Assembly (NCBI GenBank): GCA_000091165.1
Contig: FP565575.1
Coordinates: 150,001-182,000, forward strand
Source: Candidatus Methylomirabilis oxygeniifera
Lineage (GTDB): Bacteria > Methylomirabilota > Methylomirabilia > Methylomirabilales > Methylomirabilaceae
DNA: 32,000 nt
Direction of reading: 5' to 3'
The notes under the pieces are model-generated. The model was not told the DNA's origin and searched no databases. It worked only from the letters and a program-made list of their open reading frames with translations. Shown in pieces: positions 9,499 to 19,096 of the stretch (within the stretch, counting starts at the first letter, position 1; each line of letters begins with the position of its first letter). The position numbers and the translations under genes are program-made.

Positions 9499-10002
9499 CT
9501 ACTCTCCCAGCAGTACAACAATATGCTTTTCGGCCTCTGCGAACCGGCCGCGGTTGTGCAGCTCGAGCGCAAGCTGCATCCTCAGGTCCTTCCGCGTGGG
9601 CTCAAGCTCAACCAGTCGATCTAACACCTTCAGAAACTCGTCCTTCTGATCGGTCTTCCGCAGTACCTCGAGGATCCCCTTCCAGGCCTCTGTGTCCTTG
9701 GGGTTTGCGTGCAGGGCGACCCGAAACTCCTCTTGCGCTTCTGCAACCTTGCCGGCTGCGATCAGCACCCACCCCAGCTCCCTTCGTGCGTCGTTGAGTC
9801 GCGAGTCCCTTGCCAGCAGCGTCCGGTAGCGCCGCACCGACGTGTCGTGCTTGCCGGCCTTCGCTGCGTTCCTTGCTCCCATCAGCAGGAGGAAGTTCTC
9901 GTCGATTTGTGCCTGTCGCTCCTGAGCCGGTGCGGTGTAGGCTATACCTATCAGCGCTACCGTCAGCAGGATTGCTGTCCACCGCGTCATGTGTCTGGTC
10001 AT
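9499..10002 (-). CDS. TPR-repeat protein, secreted/periplasmic
   Basis: 167 aa; signal peptide; 'LLMGARNAAKAGKHDTSVRRYRTLLARD...' TPRs related to the N-terminus of the 7966..9486 protein. Confidence 0.8.
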   Translation of the reverse strand: MTRHMTRWTAILLTVALIGIAYTAPAQERQAQIDENFLLLMGARNAAKAGKHDTSVRRYRTLLARDSRLNDARRELGWVLIAAGKVAEAQEEFRVALHANPKDTEAWKGILEVLRKTDQKDEFLKVLDRLVELEPTRKDLRMQLALELHNRGRFAEAEKHIVVLLGE

Positions 10003-10004
10003 CC

Positions 10005-10430
10005 CTATTCCGGTCCCTCCCTCAGCAGCGCGGCGAAGTGCGGCTCTGCTTCCCCATATCGGCCTGCGTTGTGCAGCGTTAGCGCGAGTCGCAACCTCAG
10101 CCCTTCGTCCTCGGGGATCGCGACAACGACTCGCCGCCAGACCTCAATCGCTTCGTCCGCCCGCCCTGACCGCTCAAGCACCTGTCCGAGCGTCACAAAG
10201 GTATCGAGATCATCCCGCCTCGCTCGCGAATGTGCAATCTGCTCATACACGCGTATTGCCTTTACCGGATCTGGCGCCTCCACCGCCCTCGCCAGCCGCT
10301 CGAGCTCGATCTCAGCCGTATAGAGCCATTGAAAGTCACCCCAGACCGCACCCCCCCACAGCAATCCGACCGCGCCGATGAACCATCCGTTTCGGATCAG
10401 TTGCATACCGTTCATGCGTTTCGGTGTCAT
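10005..10430 (-). CDS. Membrane-anchored TPR-repeat protein
   Basis: 141 aa; N-terminal TM segment; TPR-like 'LDTFVTLGQVLERSGRADEAIEVWRRVVVAIPED'; start overlaps the bcsA stop by 4 nt (ATGA, 10427-10430). Confidence 0.78.
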   Translation of the reverse strand: MTPKRMNGMQLIRNGWFIGAVGLLWGGAVWGDFQWLYTAEIELERLARAVEAPDPVKAIRVYEQIAHSRARRDDLDTFVTLGQVLERSGRADEAIEVWRRVVVAIPEDEGLRLRLALTLHNAGRYGEAEPHFAALLREGPE

Positions 10431-12673
10431 CGGCCTGTCTCGCAGAGTTGCGTTAGGATCTTACGGGAGGGGCTAAGCGGCTCTGCAAACGTGGCGCCGA
10501 CCCGGTATGACCGTCCGGCCGCCACCCCCCGACAATTGCGAATCTCGATCTCGGCATCAAGCCTTCCGAACGGCGTGACCAGCGTGATCGAGGCATGCGT
10601 ACCAGTTGCCATCGGGGAGCCGACCATGAATGCCAGACCGCCTAAGCTGACATCCTCCGTCACCGTGTAGTGTGGCGGCTCGCCGCGCAGGATCATCGGC
10701 AGACTGATCGCCATGCGTTTCGTCCTCCGCTTGATCTGCCGCCGGTCATAATAGGCCAGAATAAACCTGGTCAGCGACGACGGCCTGACGTCGAATCGGT
10801 GCATGAAGGCGGGCAACATTTGGCTGAAACAGAACTCCGTAATCGCATCCTTGTCCTCCCTGCTCAGGTCAGTGAATTTCACACCATATCGGAAGACCCC
10901 TTCCGTTGTCGTGCTTCGGTTGATATACAGGACGACTCCGTTGCACGTCATAACCCGGGAGCCCAGGTACAGCCTCAATCCCACCTGTTCCCCGACAGGA
11001 AGAGCGGAGAATGTCGTCAGCGCCATACCATCCTCATTCAGATCCGTGGCTGTGCCCAAGCCGCTCGCCAGGCGCTTATTCTCGCCGGCCTCGTACCAGA
11101 CAGGCAGACCGCCAAGGAACCGAGACTCCTTTCGGCGGTGCAGAGAAGCGGTCACCGTTGCCACGACCAGACATGCCAGGTAGCCGTTGACCCCGCTCCA
11201 GAACATGCCGATGCCCAGTCCCAACCGGTTGTGTGACACGCCATAGGCCCATTTGAGCGCCCCCCACTCGATGGCAGTAACGCACAAGAGGATAATCGTC
11301 AACTGGGGGAGGAGCGCCGACAGGCTGACCGCCTCGCCGGCCCCTTTTGCCGTCACGATGAACCGAGCCTTCAACCGCAACAGAGCCTTGACCACGGCCT
11401 TAGACAGTACAAAGAAGTTCATCATGTTGTAGATCTCATCATCACGGATTCGGCCTTGCCCACGACTGACAATCTTGATGCTTACAATGACTACCGCCAG
11501 GAATATCGCGTACCGCCACATGAACGGCCGGTCAAAGGGAAAGATGGGATACCACCCGGTTAGCAGCATGATCGCCGGCGTCACAAAGTAAATGAGCTTT
11601 GGCAGCCCGATGAACCAGCCGAATACCGTGGCAAAGAAACAGATCCGCTGCGGCAAGGTCAAGCCTTTGGTCCACAGCGGGTTATCGGCAAAGAGGAGAC
11701 TGATATTCCCTTCGGCCCATCGGAGTTTCTGTATGTGATAGTTCTTGAGATCGGTGGCAGCGAGCCCACTTGATAACAGTTCATTGTGATACACGCCCTT
11801 CCACCCTGCCTTGTACAGGCGAACGCTGGTGTGGAGATCTTCCGTGATCGTTTCTGTCGCAAACCCGCCGATCTCATCGAGGGCTCTCTTTCGGAATACC
11901 GCCCCTGTTCCGGCGAAGAAGGCGGCGTTCCAGTAGTCCCGTGCTGGCATCATGAGGCGATAGAACATATCCCCTTCGTTCCATTTTTCTCTCTTCTCAA
12001 ATTTGAATCGGAATGAGAATGACTCGACGTTGTAGTAATTTTGCGGTGTTTGGACGAAAGCCACCTTCTCGTCCGTGAAGTACCCGAGCGTCTTGTCGAG
12101 GAAATCGGGTTGAGGGACATAGTCCGCGTCAAAGACCACGATAAAGTCCCCATCGGAGATCGACAGGGCGTGGTTCAGGTTGCCGGCCTTCGCATGGGCT
12201 CGCTCCCTCCGCGCCACATATGCGCATCCCAGTTCCGCTGCGAGCGCGGCAAATTCAGGCCGATTTCCGTCGTCCAGAATGTAGGTCGTATGGGGATAGG
12301 CCATGTTAATGCAGCCTAACACCGTTTTCCTGACGAGACTGACGTCCTCCTTGTAGGTGGGGATATAGACGTCTACCCGCAAGCCGGGCGGCGCAGGAGG
12401 CGGGTTTCGATGGAGCGGATGCCACATCTGGAAGAAGTAGAGAGCGAGGGAAAGGCATCCGTGGAATTCTGCGTAATAAAAGATCAGGGAGAATGTTGTC
12501 GCATCCCAATTGATCGTATACAACAGCCGGTAGGTGAGATAATACAGATAGACCGCGATGGTGAGTACCATGACGGTTTGGTAATACCGTAATGTGGCTA
12601 TGTGGCCCACGTACGGTTGGCGGTGTCTTGCTTTCAGCCTTTCAGCTTGCTTCGTTAGGATCGGCTCACTCAC
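10427..12673 (-). CDS. bcsA: Cellulose synthase catalytic subunit-like GT2 glycosyltransferase with C-terminal PilZ region
   Basis: 748 aa; DDG, DAD, TED and QKLRW catalytic motifs; gating-loop motif 'FIVTAKG'; C-terminal RxxxR and DxSxxG PilZ signatures; multiple TM segments. Confidence 0.92.
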   Translation of the reverse strand: MSEPILTKQAERLKARHRQPYVGHIATLRYYQTVMVLTIAVYLYYLTYRLLYTINWDATTFSLIFYYAEFHGCLSLALYFFQMWHPLHRNPPPAPPGLRVDVYIPTYKEDVSLVRKTVLGCINMAYPHTTYILDDGNRPEFAALAAELGCAYVARRERAHAKAGNLNHALSISDGDFIVVFDADYVPQPDFLDKTLGYFTDEKVAFVQTPQNYYNVESFSFRFKFEKREKWNEGDMFYRLMMPARDYWNAAFFAGTGAVFRKRALDEIGGFATETITEDLHTSVRLYKAGWKGVYHNELLSSGLAATDLKNYHIQKLRWAEGNISLLFADNPLWTKGLTLPQRICFFATVFGWFIGLPKLIYFVTPAIMLLTGWYPIFPFDRPFMWRYAIFLAVVIVSIKIVSRGQGRIRDDEIYNMMNFFVLSKAVVKALLRLKARFIVTAKGAGEAVSLSALLPQLTIILLCVTAIEWGALKWAYGVSHNRLGLGIGMFWSGVNGYLACLVVATVTASLHRRKESRFLGGLPVWYEAGENKRLASGLGTATDLNEDGMALTTFSALPVGEQVGLRLYLGSRVMTCNGVVLYINRSTTTEGVFRYGVKFTDLSREDKDAITEFCFSQMLPAFMHRFDVRPSSLTRFILAYYDRRQIKRRTKRMAISLPMILRGEPPHYTVTEDVSLGGLAFMVGSPMATGTHASITLVTPFGRLDAEIEIRNCRGVAAGRSYRVGATFAEPLSPSRKILTQLCETGR

Positions 12674-12959
12674 AGGAACGCGCTGTGCTCATTCCAAACC
12701 GTCACTTCAATGAGACGTTCGATGCGGTCTCACGGGTTACCGTGTAATTAAAAGTCATTATCTATCTTAGAAATAAACCATAGGTCAAGATAAATCTGGT
12801 TTAGCCATACTACCATTATATTATTTTCTTCTGTCAAATACGGTTCGTACCTAAGCAAAGAAAAACATAACGTTTGTCAGTCTGACCGGATACCGGTAAA
12901 ATACGGGTCCGTGAACGGGGTACGGAATGTCATGGACGGCGTGAGCGACGGAGGATTCT

Positions 12960-14909
12960 ATGACCCAGACTAGGAGTCGAGACGATACCCCAATTTCAGC
13001 GCCTCTCAGGGAGCGACGAAAATTCAAGCCGCCCGCGACGTTTGTCAAGCGGGCGGTTGTCAATAAGGCTTCCGTTTACCGGGCGGCATCGAAAGATCCG
13101 ACTGCATTCTGGGAGCGCCAGGCTAAGGCTCTTCACTGGTTCAAGCCATGGAAGCGGGTGCTGCAATGGAAAGCACCGCATGCCAAGTGGTTTGCCGGCG
13201 GCAAGCTGAACGTGGCCTATAACTGCCTCGACCGCCATGTGAACGGTCCCTTGCGCACCAAGGCGGCCCTCATCTGGGAGGGGGAACCGGGCGAGACGCG
13301 GACATTCACCTACTGGGACCTCTATCGTGAGGTCAACCGCTTTGCGGCGGCCCTCAAGCGGCACGGCGTCAAAAAAGGAGATCGGATCACCATCTATATG
13401 CCGATGATCCCGGAGGTCGCTATTGCGATGCTGGCGTGTGCGCGCATCGGTGCGCCCCACAGCGTGATCTTCGGCGGGTTCTCGCCGGAGGCGGTCCGGG
13501 ATCGGATCCTCGACGCCGACTCGGCTCTCGTGATTACGGCTGACGGCGGCTACCGTCGTGGCGGGGTGGTCTCGCTCAAACAGAACACCGACGAAGCGCT
13601 TAAGGCGTGCCCCGGCGTGAAAACCGTCATTGTAGTCAAGCGGACCGGGCAGGTGGTAGAGATGCAGCCGGGCCGGGACGTCTGGTGGACCGATTTCATC
13701 AAGGACGCGCCGGCCAGGTGCGCCCCCGCGATCATGGACGCCGAGGATATGCTGTTTCTCCTCTATACCTCCGGTTCGACCGGGAAACCGAAAGGGATCA
13801 TTCATACTACAGGCGGCTATCTGACCGGAGTGGTGGCCACACACAACTGGGTCTTCGATATCCAAGACAACGATGTCTACTGGTGTACCGCCGACGTGGG
13901 CTGGGTCACGGGTCATTCCTACGTCGTCTATGGACCGCTGGCCAACGGGGCCACCACCGTCATGTACGAGGGGACCCCGGATTACCCGGATAAGGATCGC
14001 TTTTGGCGCATCATCGAGAGGCATGGAATTACGATCTGCTATACGGCCCCCACGGCCATCCGCACCTTTATGAAGTGGGGCGAGGAGTATCCAAAACGCT
14101 GCGACCTCTCCAGCCTCCGGTTGCTCGGCAGCGTTGGTGAACCGATCAATCCCGAGGCGTGGGTCTGGTACTGGAAGGTGATCGGCGGCGGCCGCTGTCC
14201 GGTGGTGGACACCTGGTGGCAGACCGAGACCGGCCATATCCTCATCACGCCGCTTCCAGGAATTACGACGCTCAAGCCGGGCTCGGCTGCCCAACCCTTT
14301 CCGGGGATCGATGCGGAGGTGGTGGATGAGAGCGGCAGGCCCGCTGCGACCGGCTATCTCGTGATTCGTCAGCCTTGGCCCGGTATGCTTCGCGGGATCT
14401 GGGGCGACCCTGACCGCTATGTGAAGCAGTACTGGTCGAATTATAAAGGCATCTACTTCACCGGTGATGGGGCCAGCCGGGACAACGATGGCGATTTCTG
14501 GCTGCTGGGGCGCGTCGATGACGTGATGAACGTCTCCGGACATCGTGTCTCGACGGTGGAGGTGGAGTCGGCCCTTGTGGATCACCCGTGCGTGGCCGAG
14601 GCGGCTGTCATCGGGCGCACACACGAGATTAAGGGGCAGGCCGTTGCCGCCTTTGTGACCATCCGGGACGGCACCAGGCCGACGCCGGAGCTCGAGACGG
14701 CGATCAAAGCTCATGTGGTCAAGAAGATCGGCGCCTTCGCCAGGCCGGACGACCTGATCTTTACGGCCGAACTGCCCAAAACCCGCAGCGGCAAGATCAT
14801 GCGCCGCCTGCTTCGCGACATTGCCGAAGGCCGGGCATTGGGCGATACCACTACACTGGCGGACGCCAATGTAGTGGCCGAGCTCAAGGCCAAATACGGC
14901 GAGCAGTAG
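12960..14909 (+). CDS. acs: Acetyl-CoA synthetase (AMP-forming)
   Basis: 649 aa; '[20 protein letters not shown]', '[16 protein letters not shown]', '[23 protein letters not shown]', '[18 protein letters not shown]'. Confidence 0.97.
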   Translation: MTQTRSRDDTPISAPLRERRKFKPPATFVKRAVVNKASVYRAASKDPTAFWERQAKALHWFKPWKRVLQWKAPHAKWFAGGKLNVAYNCLDRHVNGPLRTKAALIWEGEPGETRTFTYWDLYREVNRFAAALKRHGVKKGDRITIYMPMIPEVAIAMLACARIGAPHSVIFGGFSPEAVRDRILDADSALVITADGGYRRGGVVSLKQNTDEALKACPGVKTVIVVKRTGQVVEMQPGRDVWWTDFIKDAPARCAPAIMDAEDMLFLLYTSGSTGKPKGIIHTTGGYLTGVVATHNWVFDIQDNDVYWCTADVGWVTGHSYVVYGPLANGATTVMYEGTPDYPDKDRFWRIIERHGITICYTAPTAIRTFMKWGEEYPKRCDLSSLRLLGSVGEPINPEAWVWYWKVIGGGRCPVVDTWWQTETGHILITPLPGITTLKPGSAAQPFPGIDAEVVDESGRPAATGYLVIRQPWPGMLRGIWGDPDRYVKQYWSNYKGIYFTGDGASRDNDGDFWLLGRVDDVMNVSGHRVSTVEVESALVDHPCVAEAAVIGRTHEIKGQAVAAFVTIRDGTRPTPELETAIKAHVVKKIGAFARPDDLIFTAELPKTRSGKIMRRLLRDIAEGRALGDTTTLADANVVAELKAKYGEQ

Positions 14910-14938
14910 CGCTCACTATCCGATAAAACAGCGTGGGA

Positions 14939-15613
14939 TTACTTACGCGTCCAGGTGCCGTTTGGGAGCTGGACCCACCAGCCTGGGCGAGCCCCTTCGC
15001 GGCGGATCGACGCAAAGGTGTCGGCGGCCTGCGCTTTGGCCTCTGCCGGATTCGCAGGTCTTCCGTCTTGCTGAGTGAGCTTGAGGATCGCCTTGGCCAT
15101 CCCGTTGATTACCACCTCGCGGTCCTGATTCTCCTCCCGCAGCAACGCAGTCTCCGCCTCGCCTACCTGGGGAGGATTCGCGCGTAGAGCCGCCTTCCCA
15201 TCTTTCGCCTCACCCACCAATCCTTGATCTCGAAGCTGATTCAGCCGGGCGAGTCGCTGGCCGATCCCTTTATAGGCGGCGATCACCTCGGGATAGCTCT
15301 TGATCTCCTGCGTAATTCGCCGCGAGAGATCGTCCTGGGCCCACGCTTCGGCCACCAGCGTTATTCGCGAAGCGCGGACTACGGTTAGCAGCGACTGCCG
15401 CCCTTGCCACAGGCGGGATGTTGGCGACTGAGCCGGCGCCGCTTCCTTTTCTTTCTTCGGAGTCTGTTGCAGCAGCTCGTCTTCAAGCGACTTGTAGGCC
15501 GACTTCACGTCCTTTTCCGGAAAATAGACGTTGACCGTAATGTTCGCGCAGGCAGCGAAGCTGAGTAGAGCGCTCAGGGCAAGCATCACGAATGGTTTTC
15601 TATTTCTGCGCAT
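14939..15613 (-). CDS. DUF1318 / YdbL-like lipoprotein
   Basis: 224 aa; lipobox-like 'SFAAC'; 'ANITVNVYFPEKDVKSAYKSLEDELL'; C-terminal 'REGARPGWWVQLPNGTWTRK' resembling the E. coli YdbL tail. Confidence 0.78.
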   Translation of the reverse strand: MRRNRKPFVMLALSALLSFAACANITVNVYFPEKDVKSAYKSLEDELLQQTPKKEKEAAPAQSPTSRLWQGRQSLLTVVRASRITLVAEAWAQDDLSRRITQEIKSYPEVIAAYKGIGQRLARLNQLRDQGLVGEAKDGKAALRANPPQVGEAETALLREENQDREVVINGMAKAILKLTQQDGRPANPAEAKAQAADTFASIRREGARPGWWVQLPNGTWTRK

Positions 15614-15631
15614 CCACGTCCTCCTTTGTTT

Positions 15632-15702
15632 TAGGCTGTAGGCTACGGGCTGTAGGCTGTAGGTTTCCGACGCATTCCTACAGTCTAAAAGCCTACAGTC
15701 TG
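15632..15702. repeat. Heptamer array plus inverted arm
   Basis: 'TAGGCTGTAGGCTACGGGCTGTAGGCTGTAGG' followed by 'CCTACAGTCTAAAAGCCTACAGTCTG'. Confidence 0.75.
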
Positions 15703-15721
15703 TCCACCTGAATAGTTACGT

Positions 15722-18700
15722 TCAGTGATTCGATGCGGCTGATCCTCTCACCCGCTCGATTGTCTCGCGGATAGTCTCGATCAGGTGTGTCAACCCGATC
15801 TTGTTAAAGGTCGGCGAGACACGAACGTCCAGATCTCTCCACCCCAGGGTTGTATGGGAGATTTCAAGTTCATGAAAGACCAGATCGCCGGCTTGCAAGG
15901 TCACATCCAGTACCCCGCGGTCATAGCGACGAGCCACTCCAAACGGGCTGAAATAGCGGATTTGCTGCCCCGCTATCTGCTCGATCAGGGCGCGGCTGAT
16001 CTTTCGTCCCTCTTGTAGGGAGCCCACGGTCCAATACCGCGCGTTCCCGTGTGCCCGGTTGATGGCAAATTGCGGAATCCGAAGATCGAGCAGCCCGTTG
16101 ATCCGACCGCTAATATACCCCTGAAAGGGTCGAAAGGCATCACAAATCGCGCGCAGACTGAGTCCTTCAGTGAGCACGGTCAACTCGATTCCCCCTCCCA
16201 GTGGCTCGACCGTTCCCCAGCCGCTCCATCGTCCACCCCAGGCGTCAAAGGAAAACTGCCGTATGGCGACCTGGTTGTCGGATTGGGCGAGCGCGACAGT
16301 GATGTTGCGGAGTTCGATCGGATCGTAGCGGAGCGAGTTGATGGTCAGTGAGGCGGGGATCTTGGACGGCATCTTCGATAACCGCTCTACTGCCGCCTGA
16401 TATGCCTGTTCTGAAAGGTGACGCTCGCCAATCTGCTCCGAGGGCGACGCTCGATCATCGGAGGCAATCGAACTCTGACCGATCTGGCCGTGCAGCGGGA
16501 TCACGCCGGTTGCGGCTTCCAGACGGAAGAAGTTCGATCTTACGCTGACGTTCTGCAGGGCGAGTGACCCGTGATAGCTTTGGCCGATAAATTCCAGATC
16601 GGCCTGAAGCCGACCGATGAAATGAGCCGCGTCAGGCGGACCTTCCGTTAGGGCGGTAAGCATTGGGCGAAGCGCTGAGACCTCTGTCCACGGGACGGAC
16701 AGGTGAACGCGAGCGGCGTTAGGACTCTTGTGGTCGAGCGGCAGACTGCCTGTGAGGATGAGTGTGAGTCCTCCATCCTCGTGAAGGGCCGTCTTGGGAA
16801 TCGTCAGCAGGCCATTGTTGAGAGCAAAGGGGATTGAGCCCCGCAATCTCATGATAGGCGACGCCGACTGAGTCTTTGCCCGCGCCAGGTTGAGCGAGAG
16901 ATTTCGAATCGTGACCCTGCCGGCGGCCGAGGAGGGTTGCGATCCGCTCAATGTGGCGTCGGCCGAGAGCTCGGCATCGACTGTCACTCCACGTCCTTGG
17001 GCCGTCTTGTCGGTGGAGGCAGACAGGAACTGGGGGCGAAGGCCGCGCACCGAAAGCGCCATGCGTATCTCCCGCATGGGCGTGGTCCGCAAAAATGAGG
17101 CGTGGCCTTGAACATCTCCATCACCGGCGACAACGTGAAGTTCGGGAACTCGAACATAATCGGGGCCAAGCTCGAACCTGGCCCGGAGCGCGCGCAGGCG
17201 TCGGCCGGCGAGGTCGGCCTGTCCGACGGCGAGCGCGCCTTCAAGATGACGCCCCGACATCCCGATCCCTTGGATGGCGATCTGAGCGTGCTGCAGTGTT
17301 GCTGCGCTGTTCATAGCGACAGCGTGAAGTTGTATCGATCGGCTCATGATCTCCGCCTTCCACGGACGACCTACGCCCGGCCACCAGACGTGGATTGAGG
17401 GATCGACAAGTCTCGCGATCGATACGCCTTTGTTGGCCGCCTGGGAGAGCCGGGTGAGAAGGGTCGGCTCGATCTGCAGCTCGGTCGTCATGAGATCGAG
17501 ACTGTCGCGTCCCCATCGCTGTCCGGTTCCCCTCGCGTCGATATGCATGCCCGTAATCGCTGCACGCAGCGACTCGGCGGTGACACCACCGGTTGCCGTA
17601 TCGATGCTGAAGGAGGCTAGGAGCGAGGGGTTGCCGTATCGCTGTCCCAGCAGCTCAAGCGCCTTACCGTGTAGCCCCGCCTGTAGGCGCAGCCTATTCC
17701 CTTCATGCTGAAGATTGAGGTCCCCGGTGAGCCCGATCACGCCAAACTGCTGCGCGGGGAGTTTCAGCCTGCCGTTCTTGAACATAGCCGCAACCTGTCC
17801 AACGGGCGGATCGGGCCAGTTGCCCTGCAGTGTGGTCGGCTCGCCTTCCATGATCCCCGTAAGACCGGAAAGCCAGGGGAGAGGGAACTGATGTGCCAAT
17901 ATGTCGAGATCCGCTCGCCACTCGGCGACGGTCAGCGTATAAGCCGGCGGCCAAGCGACATATCGAACATCCGCTGTCCCTCGAGCCAGCGCCCCTTCCG
18001 TTTCGAACGACCAGTCGGGAATAGTCACGACGTGAGCTTGAGGATTGACACGAAACCGCAAGGCCGCCTGAGCGGTCAATGGGCGTGGTATGCCGGGTTG
18101 CGCAACCTCTTGAACCTGCGCCAGGATCTGCCCTTCAAGCGTATTCTGTAAGGCGCCGCTGACCCGAACCGATCGTCCACTGACGGCGGCTTGCGCCTGC
18201 ATTTCAAGCAGCATGGGAAACGATTTCGGCTCAAGCGCCACGCGTATATCAGTCACCCGATGGTCGCGAATCTGAAGTGTGCCGTTAGTGAGAGAAGCTC
18301 GAGGGAACTGCAATCGGGAGGGTCGGGCGGCCGGCCGCAGATGTCGCTGCACCTCCTGAGCCAACGCCTGAAGATTCCACCGACCGTCGTCAAGCTGTCT
18401 GAAGAACAGTTCGGGGCTCCCTACTTGCACGTCGGTCGGCATAACCTGACGCGTGAGAATCAGCCCAGGAATGTCCAGCGTAGCGGCAAGACGCTTCACC
18501 CGCAGCGCCACACCTCGGCCATCAGGATCGGACAGAATGAGATGATCAATCACAAGGTCTACGGTCAGATTTGGGCGGGGACGGATGTTGGCCTGCCCGA
18601 TGGTGCAGCGAATCCCGTATGGTGCGCAGGCGAATCTCCGGAGGAGGAGAGGGAGAAAGAGCGTGATCACAAGCAGACCAACGACAACCGCTGTCGTCAG

Positions 18701-18787
18701 TCCTAGCAGCAGGACGATCAGCGTCGATTTAAACTTTCTCAATGGTAGAAGTCTCCGGTTGCATCCACTGGGGTTCATTGGGCACAT
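15722..18787 (-). CDS. Large AsmA-like / YdbH-like envelope protein
   Basis: 1021 aa; single N-terminal TM segment, then a long periplasmic-like region with AsmA-type wording ('LVIDHLILSDPDGRGVALRVKRLAATLDIPGL', 'GRVTIRNLSLNLARAK'); adjacent to a YdbL-like gene. Confidence 0.72.
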   Translation of the reverse strand: MCPMNPSGCNRRLLPLRKFKSTLIVLLLGLTTAVVVGLLVITLFLPLLLRRFACAPYGIRCTIGQANIRPRPNLTVDLVIDHLILSDPDGRGVALRVKRLAATLDIPGLILTRQVMPTDVQVGSPELFFRQLDDGRWNLQALAQEVQRHLRPAARPSRLQFPRASLTNGTLQIRDHRVTDIRVALEPKSFPMLLEMQAQAAVSGRSVRVSGALQNTLEGQILAQVQEVAQPGIPRPLTAQAALRFRVNPQAHVVTIPDWSFETEGALARGTADVRYVAWPPAYTLTVAEWRADLDILAHQFPLPWLSGLTGIMEGEPTTLQGNWPDPPVGQVAAMFKNGRLKLPAQQFGVIGLTGDLNLQHEGNRLRLQAGLHGKALELLGQRYGNPSLLASFSIDTATGGVTAESLRAAITGMHIDARGTGQRWGRDSLDLMTTELQIEPTLLTRLSQAANKGVSIARLVDPSIHVWWPGVGRPWKAEIMSRSIQLHAVAMNSAATLQHAQIAIQGIGMSGRHLEGALAVGQADLAGRRLRALRARFELGPDYVRVPELHVVAGDGDVQGHASFLRTTPMREIRMALSVRGLRPQFLSASTDKTAQGRGVTVDAELSADATLSGSQPSSAAGRVTIRNLSLNLARAKTQSASPIMRLRGSIPFALNNGLLTIPKTALHEDGGLTLILTGSLPLDHKSPNAARVHLSVPWTEVSALRPMLTALTEGPPDAAHFIGRLQADLEFIGQSYHGSLALQNVSVRSNFFRLEAATGVIPLHGQIGQSSIASDDRASPSEQIGERHLSEQAYQAAVERLSKMPSKIPASLTINSLRYDPIELRNITVALAQSDNQVAIRQFSFDAWGGRWSGWGTVEPLGGGIELTVLTEGLSLRAICDAFRPFQGYISGRINGLLDLRIPQFAINRAHGNARYWTVGSLQEGRKISRALIEQIAGQQIRYFSPFGVARRYDRGVLDVTLQAGDLVFHELEISHTTLGWRDLDVRVSPTFNKIGLTHLIETIRETIERVRGSAASNH

Positions 18788-18988
18788 GCAACCTCAGCCC
18801 AATCATACGCAAGGATGGTAAAAAATGGTAAACAAAGCCGACATCAGTGCGGAGGATATTCTCGTATTCACATTCCTACCACATCCGGGTCACCCCTATG
18901 CGTATTACGGTGGAGGCGCAACAATATCTGTCACCTCTACCGACGTATCTGTAGCGCTGAGCAGGTTGTGATAAGAGGGGAAAAGTTC

Positions 18989-19019
18989 TTGACAACTGTA
19001 AGAATCAGTCTACCATAAT
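18989..19019 (+). promoter_or_regulatory. Putative sigma-70-type promoter upstream of the first response regulator
   Basis: TTGACA (18989-18994) and CATAAT (19014-19019), 19-nt spacer, about 80 nt before the ATG. Confidence 0.35.
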
Positions 19020-19096
19020 TTTGAAAGCTCGCCATTTTGACTGTTTTTGGCCGGTAACAGGAGATTTTATACAGTACGACGTGGGGGAATCGGCCA

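Noticed and set aside
12674-12959. c-di-GMP (GEMM) riboswitch upstream of bcsA or acs
   Set aside because: Looked for the conserved GEMM core strings in this AT-rich divergent region and did not see them. Only weak promoter-like elements on the minus strand (TTGACA at 12837-12832 with TATAAT/TAGTAT) are visible, with poor spacing.
12996-14714. 572-aa minus-strand ORF opposite acs
   Set aside because: Shadow ORF of a GC-rich, highly conserved acs reading frame; the translation has no domain-like features.
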